Assembly (NCBI GenBank): GCA_017961325.1
Contig: JAGCXM010000015.1
Location: forward strand, 9,408 to 73,407
Length of the DNA stretch: 64,000 nucleotides
DNA from: a bacterium
GTDB taxonomy: Bacteria; UBP6; UBA1177
Direction: 5' to 3'
Positions 59,215-64,000 of the stretch are shown here, piece after piece; the first letter of the stretch is position 1; every line of letters starts with the position of its first letter. A program made the translations under genes and the position numbers. A model generated the notes under the pieces. That model ran no database searches, was not told where the DNA came from, and saw only the letters and a list, made by a program, of their open reading frames with translations.

Positions 59215-61140
59215 ATGAAAAGATTCCTTATTTTGACAGCAGTTTTATCCGCTTTCCTTATGGTTGTTTCATGCGGCGGAAATGATAGAACGGAAAATGT
59301 CGAACAAAATGACAATGATGAGGCTGACGATCGGGATGAAACGGACGACAGTGATAAAAATGACGAGGACGGGAGCGGCAATTCAGACTGCAGTGAAAGC
59401 GTCGCCGAAACAGATTTAAAAGGCTCGGTTTTCGAAATGCCGAAGATAAATCCTTCCGGAAATATTCCTCTGAGTGCGGCCGTTCCGATGCAAACCGCCG
59501 GAATCGCGAAAGTTTCGGTCAGAATCGCCGACAAAGATCCGGACAAAAAGCAGTTTTCGCGCGAATACGACATTCCGGATGATGCGGCTGAAACGGTTCA
59601 AATTCCCGTTTTAGGGCTTTTTCCGGCATATAAAAACCAAGTTACGGTAACAGCTTCGGACAAAGACGGCAGAACGGTCGATGAAAAGACTTTCGGAATC
59701 AAGACATCATGCCTTCCGAAAGATTTCCCGAAAATCAAAGTTTCAGGCACGATAGATTCAGGCTGGACGATGGTCAACTGGCTGCGCACACCCCGTTCGA
59801 GAACCGAAATGAACGGGATCGCGCTTGACGAACAGGGAAGAGTCCGCTGGTACAGCGATCTGGCATTTCCAGTATGTTTTCCGATAGTTATCAAGGACGA
59901 AACATTCTACTGCGGCGGCGGAGAAGGTGAAACGCATGTCACAAGATACGATTTCATGGGATACGTTCTTGAAGACATAGACGTCGCTCCGCTCGGCTAC
60001 AGAAACGTTCATCACGAAGTTTTCATCAAGCCCGACGGCAACTATCTCATCGGCGTTGACAAGGCTGACAGCGGATATATCGAAGACAGAGTCATCGAAA
60101 TCAATCCTGCTGATCCGGCCAATCCGCAGCTTCGCGGCGCGTGGAATCTCAACGATACCTTGCCGGATGTTGCCGATCTCTTCATCGACATGCAGCCGGC
60201 GAGCACCGAAATTCCGGGGCAGACGAACAATCCGATCCACCACAACGCGATTTTTTACGACGAATCGGACGATTCGCTAATCGTCGGATCGCAGACTGCC
60301 GGAATCGTAAAACTGACACATTCCGGATATGTGAAATGGTATCTGGCGCCGCATCTTTTCGCTCTTATCGACGATGCCGACAATGACGGAAAAAGCGATT
60401 CCTTCACGGCTAAATATGATCCGGCGAACCAGATGACATGGACCGGCGACTACTCTCAGGAAAAAGACGGCAAAACAGTTGCCGGCGAAAAATATGTCAA
60501 CAAGAGGGCTCCGATAAACGGAATCCCCTACAAGGTATATTCCGATTTCGAATTCTCCTACCCCGAATTCCTCCTCACTCCGCTTGACAAAAACGGCAGC
60601 GAAATCGAAGACTTGTCCGTCAAGCAGGGTTTTGCGTCCCACGAAGACTTTTCGTGGCCTTTCCGCGCACACAACCCGACGATCCTCAAAAACGGAAACA
60701 TCATGATTTTCGACAACGGTCTTGCGAGAAATTTCAGCACCATCCCGATTTCGCAGAAACATTTCAGCAGAGTCGTCGAATACAGAATCACTCCAGACAA
60801 GGACGGTTACGGCGGAACGATCCGGCAGATCTGGGAATACATTCTGGAAGACGACCCGATGTGGTATTCGATGAGCATAATCGTAAGCGGCGCTAACGAA
60901 CTTGAAAACGGCAACCGTCTCATAACTTCAGGGTCTCTCGGCTCTTCGTTCATCCCCGAAATGTTCAGAAAGGCCTACGGCGACGGTCCGGTAGGAGCAT
61001 TCATCGTTGAAGTCGATCCGAAAGACAATTCAGAGAAAAACAGAATAACACTGGACAGATACATCGATGACGACTACCCGGTAAACGAATTTTCCGCATT
61101 CCGCGCATACCGTTTTGAAATTTCGGCTTCATTGAGATAG
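59215..61140 (+). CDS. Lipoprotein with an acidic linker and a beta-propeller-like body, possibly arylsulfotransferase (ASST)-like
   Basis: Lipobox MVVSC. D/E/N-rich linker. Repeated His-containing strands (HHEVFIKPDGNYLIG, HHNAIFYDESDDSLIVG, NGNIMIFDNG) reminiscent of the ASST family. Confidence 0.35.
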   Translation: MKRFLILTAVLSAFLMVVSCGGNDRTENVEQNDNDEADDRDETDDSDKNDEDGSGNSDCSESVAETDLKGSVFEMPKINPSGNIPLSAAVPMQTAGIAKVSVRIADKDPDKKQFSREYDIPDDAAETVQIPVLGLFPAYKNQVTVTASDKDGRTVDEKTFGIKTSCLPKDFPKIKVSGTIDSGWTMVNWLRTPRSRTEMNGIALDEQGRVRWYSDLAFPVCFPIVIKDETFYCGGGEGETHVTRYDFMGYVLEDIDVAPLGYRNVHHEVFIKPDGNYLIGVDKADSGYIEDRVIEINPADPANPQLRGAWNLNDTLPDVADLFIDMQPASTEIPGQTNNPIHHNAIFYDESDDSLIVGSQTAGIVKLTHSGYVKWYLAPHLFALIDDADNDGKSDSFTAKYDPANQMTWTGDYSQEKDGKTVAGEKYVNKRAPINGIPYKVYSDFEFSYPEFLLTPLDKNGSEIEDLSVKQGFASHEDFSWPFRAHNPTILKNGNIMIFDNGLARNFSTIPISQKHFSRVVEYRITPDKDGYGGTIRQIWEYILEDDPMWYSMSIIVSGANELENGNRLITSGSLGSSFIPEMFRKAYGDGPVGAFIVEVDPKDNSEKNRITLDRYIDDDYPVNEFSAFRAYRFEISASLR

Positions 61141-61143
61141 AAA

Positions 61144-61755
61144 ATGAAAAAAATCGTTTTTGCAGCCGTCTTTCTTATTTTTTGTTCAATAAGTGCGCAG
61201 GATGAAACGCAGATTTTTACGGCACAGCTTTACAATCAGGCAGCACTGCTTCTTAACAGCGCGAAAAGCCAGTGCAAAAAACTTTCCGAAGAAAATCAGT
61301 CACTTGCGAATGCGGTTTCCGAACTTTACAAAAAGGCCGAACAACACAAAAACGTAGCTGTCAACGTATTTGCAAACTCAGATTACCTTCTTAAATTCCT
61401 GCAGGAGCGCATCGACAGAACCTGCGGACTTGTCGAAATGGCCAACAACGAGTCGGTCAGGCTTATAATTGCGCAGGAATTCGATCTTCTGCTCGCGAAA
61501 AAAAGGCAATCCGGAAGTTTCGAGGATTTCATCGACAAAATTTTCGGCACGGAATATGCAAAACTGCTATATCTCGCGACTTCGGTTTCATCACTCGAAA
61601 AAATGTACAAAAAATGGGCGGAAAAAATGGTTTCGGAAAGAAAAGATATGAAGAAAACCATCTCGAACATCGCCGAAGCGAATACCGAATTGAAACGTGA
61701 ACTGACTGATTTTACAAAGACTTTTAAACTTTATTACGAAAAAACCTTTAAATAA
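61144..61755 (+). CDS. Secreted coiled-coil protein; function unknown
   Basis: Signal peptide followed by a K/E/Q-rich helical sequence. Confidence 0.45.
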   Translation: MKKIVFAAVFLIFCSISAQDETQIFTAQLYNQAALLLNSAKSQCKKLSEENQSLANAVSELYKKAEQHKNVAVNVFANSDYLLKFLQERIDRTCGLVEMANNESVRLIIAQEFDLLLAKKRQSGSFEDFIDKIFGTEYAKLLYLATSVSSLEKMYKKWAEKMVSERKDMKKTISNIAEANTELKRELTDFTKTFKLYYEKTFK

Positions 61756-61764
61756 TCCGGAGGA

Positions 61765-62622
61765 ATGATGGCTAAAAGAGAAGTAAGTCTCGGAAAAGTA
61801 GTTCTCATGCACCTTTCCCTGATTCTGATATGCGCGATCGTTATTTATCCCGTTCTGTGGGTAATAAAAATGGCTCTTTCGAGCGGCCAGGGATTTTCGC
61901 TTTCGGCCAATCCGATTCCGACGGAATTCACCTTGAGCAACTTCAAGGACGTCATTTTCACGACCGATTCAAACGGAAACTGGCTTTTCGGCAGACAGTT
62001 TCTGAACAGCGTCGTCATTTCTGCGGCGACGACCCTGCTCGGCATAACACTTGCAACTACGGCGGGTTACGCATTTTCGCGTTTTGAATTTCCGGGCAAG
62101 AACTTCGGTATGAAGATGTTTCTCGTGAGCCAGATGTTTCCGGGCGTAGTCATGGCGATCCCGCTTTACATCCTGCTTGACAAGCTCGGTCTTCTCAACA
62201 GCATGGCGGGGCTCGTTCTCGTCTATTCGACAACGGCGATCCCTTTCTGCGTCTGGATGCTCAAAGGATATTTCGACACGATTCCGAAGGACCTTGAGGA
62301 GGCTGCCCTCATGGACGGAGCTTCGCAGTGGACGATTTTCATAAAAATAGTCATGCCGCTCGCCAAACCTGCGATAGTCGTCACGGCGCTTTTCAGCTTC
62401 ATGACGGCCTGGAACGAATTCATCCTTGCGGCAACATTCCTCGGCGATGAAAGGGCATTCACCCTTCCCGTAACGCTGCAGCACTACGTCGGAAGCTATT
62501 CGACCGAATGGGGACACTTCGCTGCCGGAGCGATAATCGTCTCACTTCCCGTTATGATTCTGTTCTTCATCCTGCAGAAAAGCCTTATCGGCGGACTTAC
62601 CGCCGGCGGCGTGAAAGGATAG
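61765..62622 (+). CDS. ABC transporter permease, MalG/carbohydrate type; no partner subunits encoded nearby
   Basis: EAA loop DLEEAALMDGASQWTIFIKIVMPLAKPAI. 6 TM helices. Confidence 0.75.
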   Translation: MMAKREVSLGKVVLMHLSLILICAIVIYPVLWVIKMALSSGQGFSLSANPIPTEFTLSNFKDVIFTTDSNGNWLFGRQFLNSVVISAATTLLGITLATTAGYAFSRFEFPGKNFGMKMFLVSQMFPGVVMAIPLYILLDKLGLLNSMAGLVLVYSTTAIPFCVWMLKGYFDTIPKDLEEAALMDGASQWTIFIKIVMPLAKPAIVVTALFSFMTAWNEFILAATFLGDERAFTLPVTLQHYVGSYSTEWGHFAAGAIIVSLPVMILFFILQKSLIGGLTAGGVKG

Positions 62623-62641
62623 CCGTAATTTAAAAAATCTG

Positions 62642-63688
62642 CTAAATTTCAGGAAATTCCAGCGTTTTCGGAATAAAAAACGTGTTGTAAAGATGGATGG
62701 CGTATGAATCGGTCAGACTCGCGATAAAATCGGCAACCGTCGTCTCCCTGTCTTCGGATATCGGAATGAAATTCGAGTTGACAAGAATTTCGTAATTTTC
62801 GGAAAAATGTTTGAAAAGAGCGGAAATGATGTGTTCCGCCTTTGCAAACTCCTTTCTGATAGCCGGAAGTTCATAGACGTTGGAAAACATAAAATTACGC
62901 AAATCATCAATAATTCCGACCATTTTATCTGAAAAACGAATGATTTTCTCATTTGCCGAAATTGCTTCGAAACTGTTGTAAATGAGGTCGGTCGTCATCG
63001 CGTTTATCCGCTGCGAGCCGCGTTCACCCAGAACATCGCGGTGCGGAACATCCTTAACTTCAAGAAATCCGCCCCGGACGGCATCGTCAATATCGTGGTT
63101 GAGATAGGCTATAATATCGGAAAAGCGGATGATCTGACCTTCCAGAGTTTCCGGAATCCCCGTTTTTTTGATGAGCGGTCCCTTCCCTTTCGAATGAAGA
63201 ACGATTCCGTTGCGGACTTCGTGGGTCAGATTGAGCCCTTGACCGTTTTTTGCAAGAAAATCAACGACTCTTAGGCTCTGCTGCTCGTGCCTGAAGCCGT
63301 TTTTGAGCAGTTTTCCCAAAGCTCTTTCTCCGGAATGACCGAAAGGAGTGTGCCCGAGATCGTGTCCCAGACCGATAGCCTCGGTCAGCGATTCGTTGAG
63401 AAGAAGTGCCTTTGCCACGGTTCTGCCTATCTGGGAGACTTCGAGCGTGTGTGTCAGGCGGTTGCTGTAGTTGCTCCCTTTCGGCGAAAGAAAAACCTGC
63501 GTTTTGTCACCCAGTCTGCGGAAAGCCTTGGTATGGACGATTCTGTCGCGGTCGTGCTGGAACGCAGGACGGATGCTGCACGGCTCTTCGTAATGCAGAC
63601 GGCCTTTCGACTGCGAACTCAGCGCCGCCGCCCACGAAAGTTCGCGTTTTTCTATCTCTTCAAGATGTTCACGGATGTTTTCTATCAT
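62642..63688 (-). CDS. dGTP triphosphohydrolase-like HD-domain phosphohydrolase
   Basis: RLTHTLEVSQIGR...HDLGHTPFGH HD motif. Dgt-like N-terminus. Confidence 0.75.
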   Translation of the reverse strand: MIENIREHLEEIEKRELSWAAALSSQSKGRLHYEEPCSIRPAFQHDRDRIVHTKAFRRLGDKTQVFLSPKGSNYSNRLTHTLEVSQIGRTVAKALLLNESLTEAIGLGHDLGHTPFGHSGERALGKLLKNGFRHEQQSLRVVDFLAKNGQGLNLTHEVRNGIVLHSKGKGPLIKKTGIPETLEGQIIRFSDIIAYLNHDIDDAVRGGFLEVKDVPHRDVLGERGSQRINAMTTDLIYNSFEAISANEKIIRFSDKMVGIIDDLRNFMFSNVYELPAIRKEFAKAEHIISALFKHFSENYEILVNSNFIPISEDRETTVADFIASLTDSYAIHLYNTFFIPKTLEFPEI

Positions 63689-63897
63689 GTTTGCCTCCTC
63701 TTATCTAATCAGGGAATTGCGGTTATTCGCCGCAAAAACATATCATTATAATGAAATATGACGAAATAGCGACAAAAAGAGGTTTAGTCTTTCAACGTAA
63801 AGTTAAAGTGTAAAATTTCAAGGAAGCGCGAATATTTTTTTGCTTTTCACCTCTTTTTATAGAAGATTTTCAGATGTTTAAGTTTACGGAGGTGAAA

Positions 63898-64000
63898 ATG
63901 CTCAATTCATTCAAATTTTTGGCAGTTTTGTTAATGATTTTCAGTTTCATTTCCTGCTCCTCATCCAAATCTGTCAATGATTCGGACGCTGTTCCGGATG
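63898..64000 (+). CDS. 5' end of a lipoprotein gene (continues beyond the window)
   Basis: MLNSFKFLAVLLMIFSFISCSSSK signal peptide and lipobox with a GGAGGTGA RBS. Confidence 0.4.
   Translation, partial: MLNSFKFLAVLLMIFSFISCSSSKSVNDSDAVPD

Overview
The window is a roughly 50% GC chromosomal segment whose gene content resembles Fibrobacter or a Treponema-like spirochaete (the organism is not certain). It has four parts.

1. About 1–16.2 kb is a Wzx/Wzy-dependent surface-polysaccharide locus. It carries FnlA/B/C-like UDP-L-FucNAc genes, a TagD-like cytidylyltransferase and two LicD-family transferases. It also carries an unusual cytidylyltransferase-aldolase fusion, a 2-hydroxyacid dehydrogenase and a sugar-transfer-associated ATP-grasp enzyme. 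Glycosyltransferases, Wzy, Wzx and Ugd complete it.

2. About 16.3–30.1 kb is housekeeping and envelope genes: an MCE/PqiC pair, an O-antigen-ligase-TPR protein, prs, a GH13 amylase, a flippase-like membrane protein, a LysM protein, an orphan histidine kinase and a TIGR03960/DUF2344 radical SAM protein.

3. About 30.1–38.6 kb is a mosaic accessory island with three families of intergenic repeats. It holds a tandem cluster of small DUF1566-like secreted paralogues with an XRE regulator, a DUF4143 AAA ATPase flanked by palindromic direct repeats, and a HigB/HigA toxin-antitoxin pair. It also holds a radical SAM/SPASM maturase next to a 64-aa six-cysteine precursor peptide (ranthipeptide/SCIFF-like RiPP), XRE regulators, a RhuM-family protein and a Cys-rich acidic secreted protein. 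The island sits at the 3' end of rnfA and is bracketed by three direct copies of the rnfA terminus, which suggests serial site-specific integration. No integrase is visible.

4. Downstream are rnfCDGEA (no rnfB), tRNA-Lys and tRNA-Glu, and a cobalamin riboswitch driving a two-repeat lipoprotein. These are followed by a PII-like protein with a tandem DUF1538 membrane protein, and then a strikingly AT-rich 1160-aa SIR2-STAND NTPase gene (Avs5-like antiphage candidate). The window ends with dnaG-rpoD-guaB, a POT transporter, lipoproteins, an orphan ABC permease and a dGTPase-like HD protein.

No CRISPR array or rRNA was seen.
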